Positions 12,601-26,243 of a stretch of DNA of 64,000 nt are shown one piece after another. A program made the translations under genes and the position numbers. Under the pieces are notes generated by a model. The model had not been told where the DNA came from and did not search any database. It worked only from the letters and a program-made list of their open reading frames with translations. This DNA is from Oopsacas minuta (Eukaryota; Animalia; Porifera): positions 62,001-126,000 of the forward strand of contig JAKMXF010000005.1 in the NCBI GenBank assembly GCA_024704765.1, in the 5' to 3' direction. The number at the start of each line of letters is the position of its first letter. Position 1 is the stretch's first letter.

Positions 12601-13989
12601 ATGTATGTTTGTATGTCCAAAACTGATTGAAGAAACTAAAAGATCCCTAGCAAGTACATATCTGGGTGCGCCCTGCGCTCCCAGTGCTGCGTGCCTTTGG
12701 GAAACATATGAGGTTCCACGATATCTGGCCTTTATCAGGTGGTATCCCCTTGTTTCTTAATACACCAGGTACGCGGAATTTTATCTTTGGACACTTAGGG
12801 TGCGCGGATTACCTAAATCTTGATGAAGGCCTGACCCAGAGCTCACTTTTTGCATTCTGGGATATTTGTGCTTCGGACAACTCCGAGTATTCACACAATG
12901 AAATTATGATGTCATTGTCACATTCTTGGAATTTCGAAAAATCCATTATTAACCACTTCTCACCCAATATACAAGATGAATTTTATTATTTGAACATGAG
13001 GTATTCGTCGTTATGCTACGCGTTATGACGTTATCACTTTGACCAAATGCATAATCATTATGGAATTATTTACTCATCCTGACTTAGAAATATATCTAAA
13101 TTTCACAATTCCCAAAAGTTGAATTCCTTTATAATTAAGTCACAAAGTACCAAGATTACTAGCAAAAAGCCACATAGCAGCTCCAGTGTCACCTCAGTAG
13201 TCCATTAAATGTAATTTTGATGGACCATGGATTATTTCTGCTCTTTCATTGAATCGAGGCACGAAGTCCTGAGTAGATCCAAAGTACTAAGAAATGTAAT
13301 TGTTTAATACTTAAACTAACCAAAGGCACAAAGCTGTCGCTCAGCGTCCTAGGAAGCGAACCGCGCTAGTATAATATAATAGACGAGGTTTGGGAACTAG
13401 AACTGATTGGAGTGGGCTACCAGCAGCTGCCACTCTCTTGGCGTGAGTTAGTTTTGTAGTTGGTTACCCCTCCGCCCCCCTCAGGGTACTCATTAATGGC
13501 CTGGAATTATCGTCATAGTGAAATATTTTGTTGATTCACGGAAAATTTTAGCTCAATGTGTTAATATTAATATTTCGGCTCCAGCGGCGCCGTTAAGCGT
13601 GGCACGCTAGAGCCACATAGGTTAGTCATGCACCGCCGTAGAATTGTATGCGTACATATTTGTTACTAGCGCCACGTAATCTTCCTTGGATCCTGTTCCG
13701 AGATACCTAGCATCATACGCTGTAGTGACAACTGTTAACAAGGCCTTAGAACCGATCCGGCTCTGGAGATCCATAGCGTAGGGAGCGACTAATAGGGGGT
13801 CTAACGACTTATCCCCATAGATTAATCTACAATCAGTCAATCCAACATAAATGTATACAATCGCGGGACATTTCGTCTTCTCCGGAACTTCCCGAAAAAT
13901 GCCGGACGACAGATTTAATACGGGGAAATTCACCCAGCTGATGACATCTGTAATGGAAATCATTATGTTCGATTATAAAACTAGCAACA

Positions 13990-14337
13990 ATGATAATTCG
14001 AAAGGAAGTAACTAGTAATTTGTAATTTTGGACCTTATTATACATTTTGAAACTTATTGTATTATTGGACTTGTAATTTTAGACCTTATTGTAATATTGG
14101 CACCCGTAATTCGGCCCATTGTATTTTGGGACTTGAATTTTTTGACTTTGTTGTAATTTTAAAACCATATATTAAAATTTGGACATTTAATTTTTTGATT
14201 TAATTCTGAAATTTGGACTATAAATTTTGGGTACTATTTTTAAAATGTAGATTTGTAATTTTTGTATTTCATTGTAATATTTGGCATATATTCTTGGCCC
14301 CTAATTCTAATTTTTATTTGTAATTTGCACTTTATTT
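13990..14337. repeat. Degenerate minisatellite with a TTGTAATTTTGGAC-like core
   Basis: More than 10 diverged ~15-20 bp units such as ttgtaattttggacc, ttgtaattttagacc, ttgtaatattggcac and ttgtattttgggac. Confidence 0.7.
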
Positions 14338-15403
14338 CAGGGGCGGATCCAAGATTCGGTAAATGTCTAACCTGTGAATGTGGATGCCTACCCTTGCGAT
14401 AAGTACTAAGTTATGTCTCTAAAAATTTTTGACCCACCAAACTGGTTATCATAACCAAAATCGGGTCCTTTTCATAGTTTATAAATAGACTTTATTCATT
14501 GCAAAACTTTCTAAACAAATCTAAATACATCTAATGGGATACATGTACAATATGTACTAACTTAACATCTCCAAAACTGGGAAATGGACACTTGAATAAC
14601 ATGTAGGGCCGAAGAATTGTGTTTCTAGATCAGTGTTCTTGAACCCACATATACTATGGCCATAATTTCGAATCATATAGTTGAAATTGTTTCTTTTGCC
14701 CACCAAAATGCAAAACCGTGACAGGCAAAATAATGTCCATTCCAGCTACTATGCCCATAAATATTTCGAGGGTTAAATTCCTAATCTTTGCATTGATCGA
14801 ATATAGTTCTTATAAAATAACAAAATCAATTATATTATTCATTTTGCAGACGCATAGAACTATTCTAATCATTAATTATGATATATAAGAAAAGTTCTAT
14901 GCGTCTGGATCCTTCGACTGTGAATTTTTTATCACTTTATCGAGTTCAGTATTTCTGACCTCTTTGTATTTGCATCTAGCGTGATAAGTAGGATTGATAT
15001 CATTGAAATATCTAACGTTAAGTATTAAAAACCAAAGTTTGATGGACGCACAAAAGTTTTGCATCTTATTGTGCATTTTGAACAATATTATAACCTTTGA
15101 ATTCTACTTCAGAATTATATTACATCAGAAATCCAGATAAACGAGTGATCCTAGCTCTGAGGTACAGCTTGAATGCAAGTCTATAATTTTTGATTAGCAA
15201 TTTATAATGGGCGAGTTTCTATAAGATCCAGTGTCCTCTACATCCAAGTTGTCGTGCTTAATGATCCAAAAGACTCTCTATCTTGACAAGAATATTTCCA
15301 TTGGTATTGATGAATACAAAAATTGCCCTAGTTGCTCCTATTCTACAGTGTACCATCACTAATCCAACCAACTAAAGACTATACAGCGAGGATATTCTGT
15401 ATA

Positions 15404-15875
15404 CAGTACATCCTCGCTCATCCGAACAGCACTGTTCCAATTGACAATAACTCGTTCGGTTGGTGAAATGTATTGAATCATACTATAGGAGCTAAGGGGA
15501 CTTATTTCGAAAGTTGTACCATGGATAAAATTCTGTCAACATGTGCAATATAGTGATAATTATCTAATTATTCACAGTAGTATTGTTGGAATTGGATAGA
15601 GTTAGATATTGGTGAACATTTCAGAACATTTTCCAAAGTATGAAATTCAGGACTTGTTCGGTGAACATGGATTTGGATTAACTTTGTTCGGATTAGAGGG
15701 GTACTATACTAATATTCATTTATACATATTCTCAAGGATTCATGAATTCAATAGATTTAACCCATTGGGGGCATTTTTGTTATCATCAGGACAATTATTT
15801 TTGACCTCATTAGAGTTGAGTGCCCGGTTAAGTGAGGTGCCTGTCTCGGAAGCACGTATAATAGAGGTTCGATTG
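15404..15875. mobile_element. Possible pogo/Tigger-type MITE
   Basis: TA-CAGTACATCCTC at the left and GAGGTTCGATTG-TA at the right. The TIR match is weak. Related CAGTAGAAC ends occur near 9866 and 11636. Confidence 0.35.
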
Positions 15876-16089
15876 TATTTCTCTCACCTCTGATCTCTAG
15901 TCAGCCAGACAAATGAAGACTTGCATAAGTAATTCGGCACATCTTACAAATGAATTCCATTATGGAGTCATATTAATGGTTTTCAAGCAGGCATACTGCG
16001 TGGGATATATTTGAAATACTCCACAAAATAATCGCTTCATTAATATTCAACAATCGATCACCTATACTCACTGACCATACTTACAATAT

Positions 16090-16350
16090 AGATAATTCAA
16101 TCTTAATTGTTGTTTGTTTGTTTGTTCATTGTAAAGGAAAGGATTTACGGTATGGAATTTTGAAATTGTCGCATAACTATGTATTTATCGTGTTGTCAAG
16201 GAACTAAATAGAATTCAATAAAACTTTACTAAATATTTCGAACATGCTATATCCAATTTTTAAATTAATCAATGTTGTTTTTATGAATATAATGTTCACA
16301 AATTAGCCAAATCTCAAACTTGCGTAGATACTTGCCCTCAACGGCTACAA
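16090..16350 (+). mobile_element. 5' fragment of a non-autonomous Helitron-like repeat (homologous to ~26260-26500)
   Basis: Shares TGTTTGTTTGT...GTCAAGGAA.TAAATAGAATTCAATAAA blocks with the repeat at 26244. Confidence 0.6.
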
Positions 16351-16401
16351 AGGGGGTTCTTCTTACAAAATATTTAATAATATATATGCCATATACGTAT
16401 A

Positions 16402-17731
16402 TCAGGGGGTTCAATAAGTCTTGCGGGTCATGATATATCTCAGGGTTTAGTCAAGTAATATATCTAACTTTGGTATATTATAAGCCCATATAATTAAACT
16501 CCATATACTAAAGTTTCAAGCTTATTCAATACAAGTTATGAATTTTGAGATAGTTACGTGTAATCAATTTATACCCACTGTTGAATTTATGGCTTCAAAG
16601 GATGATAATTTCAACCTCAAATGGCGAGCTTACATGAATTTCGCACAATACTCAGGATCCAGCCCGTACAGATCTTCAGCGATTTACAGGAGATATTGTG
16701 CGTGGATGCCCTTCCAAATCTACTGTAGAGCGATGGGCTGTCCGTTTTAGATCTGGTGATGCTGATGTCACAGATTTGCCTCGATATGGAAGACCGGTAT
16801 CCGCATACACTTCACAGAATATCGCACTCATTGAAAGTATGGTCATGGAAGACAAGTGCATTACTGTTAATCAGTTAGAACAAAGTGTGGAGATTTCATT
16901 GGGGGAGCTTTTATACAATTCTGATGACTGAGCTTGGCTACCGATTGATTTGTAGGAAATGGGTCCCGCATAAGCTCAGTGAGAATCAAAGGTTGGCACG
17001 ACTGAATATTGCCAAGAAACTCTTGGAAACTTATGGGAACTGAGATTCTAGACGCCTAATAGAGATTATTACTGAGGACGAGACGTAGGTATACTATTCA
17101 ACACCATATAGCAAGTATAAGAAGCGATCATGGGTTAGGGGCGAGGAAAGATCGGCCAGAATTCCTAGGCCCGACTCAGAAAACCGAATATTATGTAACC
17201 ATCTCTTCAATAGTCATGGAATTGTCTTGTAATTACCTTGTGAGAATGGCAAGGCTGTTACTGCTACTTTCTTTACAGAGCAAGTGCTTCCAAAATTGAT
17301 GAAAAAATATAGAAATGTACCGCCCGATAACCGTATCTCGAGGAATTAAGATTTTAATTGATAACTCTAGTCCCATACAGCTAAGCTTACCAAAAATTTC
17401 TTGGATGTAGAAGGGTTAGAATTACTTCCCCATCCACCATATGCACCAGACCTAGCTCCTTCTGATTTTTTGGCTATTCCCCAAGCTTAAAATCTACCTT
17501 CAAGACAAAGATTTGAATCCATTACAATCACTCGGAACGGGTCTGTACCAATACATCAAATCCATCCCCGAAGAAGAGTACAGAAATGTGTTTTACAAGT
17601 GGGTGGAGAGGTTAAAACTTTGTGTATCTGCAGGAGGGGATTACTTTGAATAAATAATGTAGTGAATTAGTGTGTATACTGTTTGTATCATATTCTATGG
17701 AATCACCTGCAAGACTTATTGAACGCCCTAG
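16402..17731 (+). mobile_element. Full-length degenerate mariner element
   Basis: TIRs TCAGGGGGTTCAATAAGTCTTGCGGG and CCTGCAAGACTTATTGAACGCCCTAG, each flanked by TA. Length 1330 bp. Motifs RFRSGD...DLPRYGRP, KWVPHKL, ITEDET and HPPYAPDLAPSDF. Multiple stops and frameshifts. Confidence 0.93.
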
Positions 17732-18610
17732 TATACCTTCAACTATTCAGCATTCATGCGTTTGAAGGTGATAAACTAATTCCTCTCATTTATTGCCTAC
17801 TCCCTGCTAAAACATGTATCACATATTCTGAATTAATTCCAGCCCTTAAAGACATGGCAAATGAGCTAACTACAATATTATCACAAGAGCTGGTCACATG
17901 TGATTTTAAAAGCGGACTGATAGCCAGCATTAGATTGGAATTTCCTACAGCCTGTATCCGTGGATGCTATTTCCATTTTTGCCAAGCAGTTTATCCCAAA
18001 GTACAAATTTGGGCCTATCTCAATTATATACTTCTGAAGAAAATCGTAAAATATATATGCGAAAGCTTCTTGCCTTGGCCTTTATACCAGTTGAACTTAT
18101 CCCTCAAACATTTCAAGATCTAAAGCATGAATGGTCTGATGAATTGCAAGCACTTGTAAACTATTTTCAACAGTACTGGATTGAAACTGTGAACCATAAT
18201 CTTAGGAATATGTATGGGGTAGAACGAAGAACAAATAACAATCTGGAAGGCTGGCATTTAAGATTTTAATAGAGCGATTGGAAAAGCACACGCAAATATC
18301 TATGAATTTGTGTCAAAACTCATTAGAGAGCAAGGATGTACAGAAACGCTATTAGCTCAAATAAATATGACAAATCAACAGGCAAATCAACGAAAATGTT
18401 AGAAACCTTACTTTATCTTTTAACTTGGGACAGAAGAGTGCTGATGAATATTTAACCAGAATTGCTCATTATATTGTACAACCAATAAATATTTGTCTAT
18501 GATTAATACTCTTATATTCCATTTATGTACTTGTTTTGAATCTTATTAAACCATCAAATAATTGGCTTAATGGATTTCGCTGAGGTGAGTTTCGCTCACA
18601 TGGGTTTCGC
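17732..18610 (+). mobile_element. MULE (Mutator) transposase 3' fragment with subterminal repeats
   Basis: PLIYCLLP.KT...Y, VTCDFKSGLI, RGCYFHFCQAV and RTNNNLEGWH. Tandem GAGTTTCGCTCAA-like units at ~18575-18660. Confidence 0.85.
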
Positions 18611-18689
18611 GCAAATGAGTTCGCTCAAGTGGGTTTGGCTCAAATGAGTTTTGCTGAGTGGGGACAAATCTTCGATATTTAGGTGATAA

Positions 18690-20050
18690 TGTAAAAAAGA
18701 ATTTATATCATTCGCTTCTATGGAATTTGTAGATGCATTTCAATCTCTGAAGAATTGATAACCAGAGTAAATTCCATTGGTTTGGACATTAGAAACTGTG
18801 TCGCACAATGTTATGATGGATGTTCAACTTTTTCTGGCCGTATATCTGGTACACGAATTAGAGGACATACTCCAATGACAATATATGCCCACTGCGCTAG
18901 CTACAACTTGAACCTTGTCCTTGATAATACTCCATAAACAACAGAAATTAAGCATATGTTCGACGTAGTTGCTGGAACTATTAATATTATTAATGACTCT
19001 GCAATAAGACGGAATGCTTTTGAGCAACGCTTTATTTCCTACTGCTCAACCAGATTCATCCAAAGGCATGATGTACTTATTCGATTTAGTTCGAATATTT
19101 CATCTATCGTATTAGAAATGGAGAAGATTATCGATGATGACAATTATAATTGTATAACTAGAGCCCATGCCTTTTTTCATGTAAATTCCCTGAAAAATCC
19201 ATTCTTTCTTGTATCATTGGCAGCTGCTAATAAATTGATGTCAATTATGATATTCTATCTAAAATGCTTCAGTCAGAGAACATTGACTATGGGGAATGTA
19301 TTGAATTGATTGAAGATACACTCAAATTACTTGAATCGATGAAAAATGGAACCCGTGAAGAATGGGACAACAGTGATTCTAGCATATTTAGTATAGCGGA
19401 GAGGTATGCGAAAATCATAGGAATTGATCTTCAACCACCAAGATATGCAAACAAAGGTATTCAACATGTCTCCTATTGTAAATCCAGCATAATAATTAGC
19501 TCTTGTCCAGATTTGCCTACTTACAGCATGAATGAATATTTCAAATCAAGAATTTGGCTACCCTACCTGAATTCTGTCATTGAACCTCTTAAAGTGAGAT
19601 TTCAAATCAGTCTTCGATATGTTATCAATTACATACGTTATTACAAGCAAGTCAGGTTGACCTTCGTCTACTTGATACAGTATTTTCTTTTTATGAAACA
19701 ATAGTGCATTGTACTCGAGAAAAACTTATGCAAGAGATGAATCTATTTTTCCTCACCACGGAATATAGTTTCTAAAACTTCACCGATGCCTTGCAGGACC
19801 TAGCACCTCGTTACGAAAATATTAAAACATTATACCAATTAGCAATAACTATTCCTGTTTCAACATGTACTCCTGAAAGATGCTTCAGTGCAATGAAGAT
19901 ATTGAGAAACAGATAAAAACTGCAATGATTGACGACCGTCTGAATGGAGTAGCATTAAGTATATACATAAGGAAAAAGACATTAACATCGAAGAAGTGAT
20001 CAATCGATTCGCTCTTGGAAAGAAACACAAAACTGATTTCGTACTCTAGA
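18690..20050 (+). pseudogene. hAT transposase remnant (ZMYM1/THAP12-type)
   Basis: CVAQCYDGCSTFSG, YAHCASYNLNLVL, TRFIQRHD, and the C-terminal dimerisation motif TIPVSTCTPERCFSAMK...DDRLNG. Many frameshifts. Confidence 0.88.
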
Positions 20051-21619
20051 TAAAAGTTCATTCTTAATTAAACACAGTTAACGTAGAAACTAAATGTCTA
20101 CGCGTAGTTCATTTATCAATTAATTTAGTACATATATTTTGAATTATGAATGTAATAGAATGTGTTAAACTGTTATTTGTGTATTCTTCCAAAACTACCA
20201 ACTTACTATTTATAAGAGGTTAAGAGTTTTTTGCTCCCAGCACGACTATTATACACTCCCACCAACGTATTCTGGATCCGCCCCTGTCAAGTAGTAATAA
20301 TTTCAGTGGTGTTATGCAATATTTCAAAGATCATGTTGATTGTGACCGCTTAATATTTCACCTTTCAATCTTCCAGACCCAATCAATTCCTTAAATATAG
20401 AATAATTTTCTTTAAGAAAGTGATAATAGGACCATCGCTGAGGTTATGGAGCAAACTACCATCTATAGGGAGATCCCAGTGAATGAGATAAGATGTTAAA
20501 ATGTTCTTTACCTGTGACAAAGGCAACTGTTCAACGATTACTCTGTTCTCTGATGAGACCGAAGAAATTCCTGAGAAGGGAACTGATTGATTAGGGGGAA
20601 GAATTGATCTCTGCTCTGTATTCACCGATCGAGAACTGATACAATAAACTTAGAGGGAATCACGAAAGATTTTATCATGGTAATCCCGAGAAGAATGAAT
20701 TATTTTGGAAAATTTGACAATATTGCTTGATTTTCCGGGAGTTACATATTGCATTTTTCGTGTTTAGCCTCATTTGAAACCCTAATTATAAACCAAATTG
20801 TCCTGGGGTGGCATATTCTAGACCTACCTAATTCTTAGTGGCCCAATTAGATTCAAACATTGTCCGAATGCACCCCCATAAAAGTCATCTTACTACCACT
20901 ATGATAAGAGATAACATATAGTTTTTCTAATTGTTCCTTGTTTGTTGGACAAGACGGGGTTATTCAAATAGGTAAATTCGTCAATTCTCAAAATGCTATA
21001 TTATGGCTTCCTTTTGTTTGTCTTGGCTAAAACTTTCAGCTTAATCTTAAATCATAGAGAACTTTCTTTGTACAAAAAATCTAACAATTCTCCGAAGAGT
21101 ATTTTTTCAAACGGTGAATTGATATGGGATAACCTCACCACAAAATTTCTCTGAAACTATGGAATAAAAATGAAGAAGTTTGCGTCAAACTATCTAGAAA
21201 ATAACGTCTTATTTAATTGAAATTTAAAATTAGAATGTTATGCAGGATGTTCTCACATTTCCTTTTTCTCCATGTCCAATATAAAGCACTCATTTTCTGG
21301 TTAATTAGCATAAAACATCGGAATTCTAATATTTGCAAATGTATCGTAAAAACTCCTTTGTCATTCAGATTGGAAATCTATACAATATGTATATTGTTTG
21401 TGTTAATTTTCATAGCAATCTGCTAATTCCTCCATGAGTTATAGCTACTGTTCTGTTTGTGCTTCTTGTAGCACATGTGGGAAGAAGTCCCCCCAATCCG
21501 TATATAGTCACTACAAATGCATTTGATATTACACATGAATAATATTTATTGATATAAAGATAATAGAAGTCATTAGTGAAGATTACCTATAATCCAGTTT
21601 AATCCTTTGAATATGTGGG

Positions 21620-21810
21620 AAGTCAACATTTCGTTCCACGACATTTTGCTTCACTTTTGACTGGTCTATTTTTGTTAATAATCTAACAGGTTTTACATGG
21701 CTAAATAATGGAACAAAATTCTTCTCCTGACTTCTTTTGGTTAATTCCTACGTAAATATATTGCTTTACCAGCTGCTTGACTTAATTTGCCAAATAGATT
21801 AACTAAGTAG
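21620..21810 (-). repeat. Dispersed repeat of unknown family, inverted homologue of ~25640-25830
   Basis: Shared blocks CTGGTAAAGCAAT, GTTCCATTATTTAGCCATGTAAAACC and AAATGTCGTGGAACGAAAT. Confidence 0.7.
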
Positions 21811-21979
21811 CTTGTATTGATTCATTCAGATTGTAGTCGAAAAATAGAATATACCCAGGCCATTTTTGCCTGCCCAGTCTCAATATCTTGTATTAACCAA
21901 AAGTCCTATTGAATTATGCTAGATACATCTCTTGTTGTAAAAAGAAAAAATATGGACCCTCAAGATGAGAACATTCTGT

Positions 21980-22720
21980 ATTGTACGGTATCTGGGGTGT
22001 CACAGCTTCAAGACAGTAATAAATGAACTCCAGACAATTTTTAGACCGACAAAGCCCCGTATACATCCTTGATATAATTGTGGGGAAATTGAAGACTGAA
22101 GGAAGCTCAGCGGCCTCAGACCAAAGAACCCAGATCGTAGGCCCACTCACGAAGGAAGAAACTGTATAACCCCACCGTTAAAGAGCGGATCCGGAATCTG
22201 TTATCATTTCCCTCAGTAGATCGACCAGAAAGAGCAGTCACGCACTCGTTATTCCACGAACATCGCTGATGAGGGTTATGAAGGAAGACTTCCACTTGTT
22301 CCCCTACCGTATCACTACCTCTCACATTGCTAAAGCAGTCAGGTTTGAAATGTCAAGAATTTTTCAGACAAGATTGAAGCCACCGTACGGCAAAGAAACA
22401 AGTCCTTCCTCTCCCTGCTCTGGAGCTCTGATGAGGCACACTGTTACATGGACGGACAAGTAAACAGTTAAAACATCTTCTGCGCTATCAGAAGCCAAAC
22501 ATTGTTACAACCTGGCCCATTCAGTCCAAGAAAGTCAATGTGTGGTGCCCGCTTTCATAGAGAAGGATAATCGGTCCATTCTTCTTCTTCGAATAAAATG
22601 GGAACCATCAACAGTGAGCGGTACATCGCTGTGTTAGAGCTGTTCTGTCAGCAGCTCCGTATTCAGTATCCACAACTACACAAGAGGATGTGGTTTCAGC
22701 AGGATGGGGCGAGTCCACAG
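21980..22720 (+). mobile_element. Truncated Tc1/mariner transposase remnant of the DD37D/DD41D type
   Basis: STRKSS..L, EDFHLFPYRI, SDEAH, IIGPFFF and WFQQDGASP. Sequence ends after the second D. Same class as 27333-28699. Confidence 0.8.
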
Positions 22721-22915
22721 TTGGGGTCGACCAGGGGTACAATTCTCGGCCGGGGCATAGTCGATCTTAGTTCCTCAAGTATAACCTAAGAACTGTTGGA
22801 TTTGGCTCATTCAAAATTCTTCAACCAACTCTTGACGTAGTTCTTCCTAATCAACACTAACACGTCGAGGAAATTGGTAGTGGTAGTGAAGATTTTCTAT
22901 AAGCATGATTTAGAT

Positions 22916-25412
22916 CAGTGCTACTTAACCGATGGGGAATGGGAGATCATTGGGTGGGGAATGGTGCTTCTGAGAAATATTATGTAAAAGTTATTAAATG
23001 TGGGGACATATTCACTAAAATTCTAAATAATATGTCAAGTTGTGCGAATTTAATGAATTCTAAGAATACATTTAAGTGAGATATAACCATGCAAATCCAA
23101 GTGCAATCAAATGCTTTTTCTTTCGCACTAAACTTTGAATGGTATCTTTGCTTATAGTAAATGTTTATTTGGAGATTGACACTACGTAGAAATTCAATCA
23201 ATGTGCCAGTTCTAATTTGGTGAAATTGAACTTGTTTCATACCTGATATTACATATAAATAGTGACCAACTTTCAACAATTATTCAACTCAAATGACTCT
23301 GATTTAGAATTATTTTACATTATTTGGCCTCCTCGACTTCTTAAGTCTCAATTTTCTAACTTTCTTACAGTAATTTATATAAGTCAGTGTTTACCATGTC
23401 ACTGAAGAGAAAGTATCAACAAGATTATCTCAATTTTGGCTTTACATTCCAGGAAAATAATGGTTATCCACTTCCACAATGCGTATTGTGTATGAAAACT
23501 CTTTCGAATTCAAGTATGAAGCCGTACCAACTGAAGCAACATCTCACCACAGTCCACCCGGAGCATTCCAAAAATGATCGAGCTTTCTTTGAGCTGAAGG
23601 AGACTGGATTAAAAAAGGTGAAATTAGACTCCAGTGGTGCATTCCATCAACAGGCAAAGTCAATTGTTCATGCGTCGTATGCCATTGCACTATTGGTGGC
23701 AAAAAACAAGAAACCTCATACAATCGGGGAGACTCTCATAAAGCCCTGCATTCTTGAATGTGCTCGAATAGTCCTCAACAAAGATGCCATTAGCAAGCTG
23801 GAGCAAATATCCATGTCAAACGACACAATCAAGTCAAGGATTGTTGATATGCCTAACAATATCAAACATCAGATAATTACAAAAATACAGGCATCTCCCA
23901 TGTTTGCTATCCAGCTGGACGAGTCTACAGATGTGGCTAATCTTTCTCAATTGATGGTTTTTGCTCGTTATATGAATGGTCCTACGATTGAGGAGGAGTT
24001 TCTATTCTGTAAGCCCTTAGAGACGACAACAAAGGCAGAAGATGTCATGGGCGTAGTCTCAACATTCTTTGGGATATGAATCTTAACTGGAAAAATATAG
24101 TCGGGGTGTGCTCAGATGGAGCACCAGCCATGTTGGGTAGCCGATCTGGTTTTATCTCGCTTGTTAAACACAAGAATCCGAATGTGCTAGTAACCCACTG
24201 TTTTATCCATCGCCAGGCACTGGTCTCTAAAACAATGCCTAGTTCTCTATGTGCTAATTTAGCGATCGTCATTAAAGTAGTCAACTATATCGAAAGCGGA
24301 GCGTCCAATACCAGCTTATTTCGCCAAATTTGTGAAGGAATGGATGCTACCCATCAGTCTCTCTTGTTCCATACGCAGGTACGGTGGTTATCCAAAGGAA
24401 ACATGTTGGCTCGGGTATTTGAACTTAAGGAAGAGGTGGACACCTTTCTTAAGATGAAATGCAAGATGGATCTCCTAACTGAATTTAATAAACCAGAGAT
24501 TGTGTCTCACTTGGCATACCTTGCAGATATCTTTGAAGCTCTAAATGAGCTTAATCGGAAACTTCAGGGCCGAGATACCAACATTATCAGTCACACAAAC
24601 AAGATTAATGCCTTCATCTCCAAAAGTAAACTCTGGAGAAGAAAGATCATGGAAGGCAATACATGTTCTTTTCATCGATTGACAGATGTACTCTGTAATG
24701 AACCCTTTTCTGCACAACTTCACAAAGACATAATGGAGCATCTTGACTGCCTGGGAAGGGAGTTTACTAAATATTTTCCTGGGATTAACACAGAGGATCC
24801 ATTAATTGCTATGGTAAGAAATCCATTCAAGTGTGTGGTCGAGACGATTCCAGAGGATATCCAAGAGGAGTTTCTAGAACTTGTCCATGATTCATTTAGC
24901 AAGGATGAGTTCCAAATTTTTAGTCTCTCTGACTTTGGGCCAAAATGTATTTGGCTTATCCAATCATCAGTAAACAAGCTCTTAAAACTATTCTACCTTT
25001 CTCATCAACTTATCTATGTGAGTCTGGATTTTCAAGCTTACTTGCTATCAAAACAAAGCCTCGAAACAAATTAGAGGTGGAAGATGACCTGAGATGTTCT
25101 ATCTCCTTTACTGAACCCGATATCACCGATCTTGTGCGTAGTAAACAAATACAAAAATCACATTAAAGAATTGAATTACTTATTTACCATTACAAATTTA
25201 GTACTTCCGAAAAATGTACTGAGATGTCATGTTGATTAATTAAAAAATACATTATCTAAATTCAAATATATAAGTTACAAAACTTCTAAAACGAATGGGA
25301 TTATATGGCCGTGTGCTTTTGAATATTTAAATAACATTCATGATTTGGTGAGAAATTGATTGACTAAGTCTTCCAAAGTGGGAAATGGCCCAAAAAAGGT
25401 AAAGAACCGCTG
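22916..25412 (+). mobile_element. Complete hAT Buster/Charlie-type element with a disrupted transposase (ZBED5/FAM200-like)
   Basis: CAGTG...CGCTG ends with a perfect 8-bp TSD ATTTAGAT (22908-22915, 25413-25420) that has the Buster nnnTAnnn centre. ORFs 23387-25166 carry KRKY...YL.FGF, QLDESTD, CSDGAPAMLG, VRWLSKG and STYLCESGFS. One stop (24077) and one frameshift (~24940). Confidence 0.96.
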
Positions 25413-26181
25413 ATTTAGATAGATTATTGAGAAGCGTATTTATTGTGATATAGTATTTCGCTTTTAAATTTCTTCATTCTAAACCTATCATGTTTTGCTT
25501 TTGAAATAACTCTTAGCATAAATTACATTTAACACCCCTGCTGGACACGGGCCGGGTACTCAACTTATTGGCAAGGTCTGAGAAATGTCCAAGAACGCAA
25601 TAGTGGCCACATTGAGCAGTTCCTTTAAACCCGAAGGTTTTCATCTATTTAGCAAATTATACAAAGCACTGGTAAAGCAATTTAATTTAAGTTGGAAATT
25701 AACCAAACGAATTCAGGACAAAGAATTTAGTTCCATTATTTAGCCATGTAAAACCAAGTTAAATTAGTAAAACAATTGACCAATTAAAAGTGGAGCGAAA
25801 TGTCGTGGAACGAAATTTCGGACTTCCTATCAAAATGGATTACAATGGTATGGGGAGTCTTGTGTATACTACAAATTAGCTATACTGATTTAACATTAAC
25901 ATTTAACATTATCGAGTTCACAGTCCACGAAAAAAGCCTATTGCTACCATTAGGGGGATAGTATAAGCAATTTCGATCTAGTCTCATGAAAATATCAATC
26001 TATAGTAAGCAAAAGTTGAAGAATGGATTAACTCTGTTAAAAGTTACTTAAAAAGTGGTTAGAACTAGTTTGGGTGTTTTGAGACTGTTCAATAGTGGGT
26101 TGGTACTATTCATAATTATTGACCCATCATTTTTGCAAAATTCAATTTGCCTGGTTCTATACTATTAAAACGCAATTCATC

Positions 26182-26241
26182 TGTATGTATGTATGTATGT
26201 ATGTATGTATGTATGTATGTATGTATGTATGTATGTATGTA
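26182..26241. repeat. (TGTA)n microsatellite, about 15 units
   Basis: Directly visible perfect tetranucleotide run. Confidence 0.97.
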
Positions 26242-26243
26242 CA

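Larger units (their letters stand above)
14338..20286 (+). mobile_element. Probable hAT element (CAGGGGCGGATCC TIRs) carrying nested insertions
   Basis: CAGGGGCGGATCCA at 14338 and TGGATCCGCCCCTG ending at 20286, with hAT transposase remnants in between. The 8-bp flanks (ctttattt / tcaagtag) do not match, so pairing of the two ends is unproven. Confidence 0.55.

Noticed and set aside
18575-18665. Short repeat array resembling CRISPR or iterons
   Set aside because: The units are adjacent and degenerate, with no unique spacers and no cas genes. They are MULE subterminal repeats in a eukaryotic context.
20383-20625. 80-aa minus-strand ORF as a host exon
   Set aside because: No recognisable motif, no clear splice context, and it runs into stops next to the hAT end.
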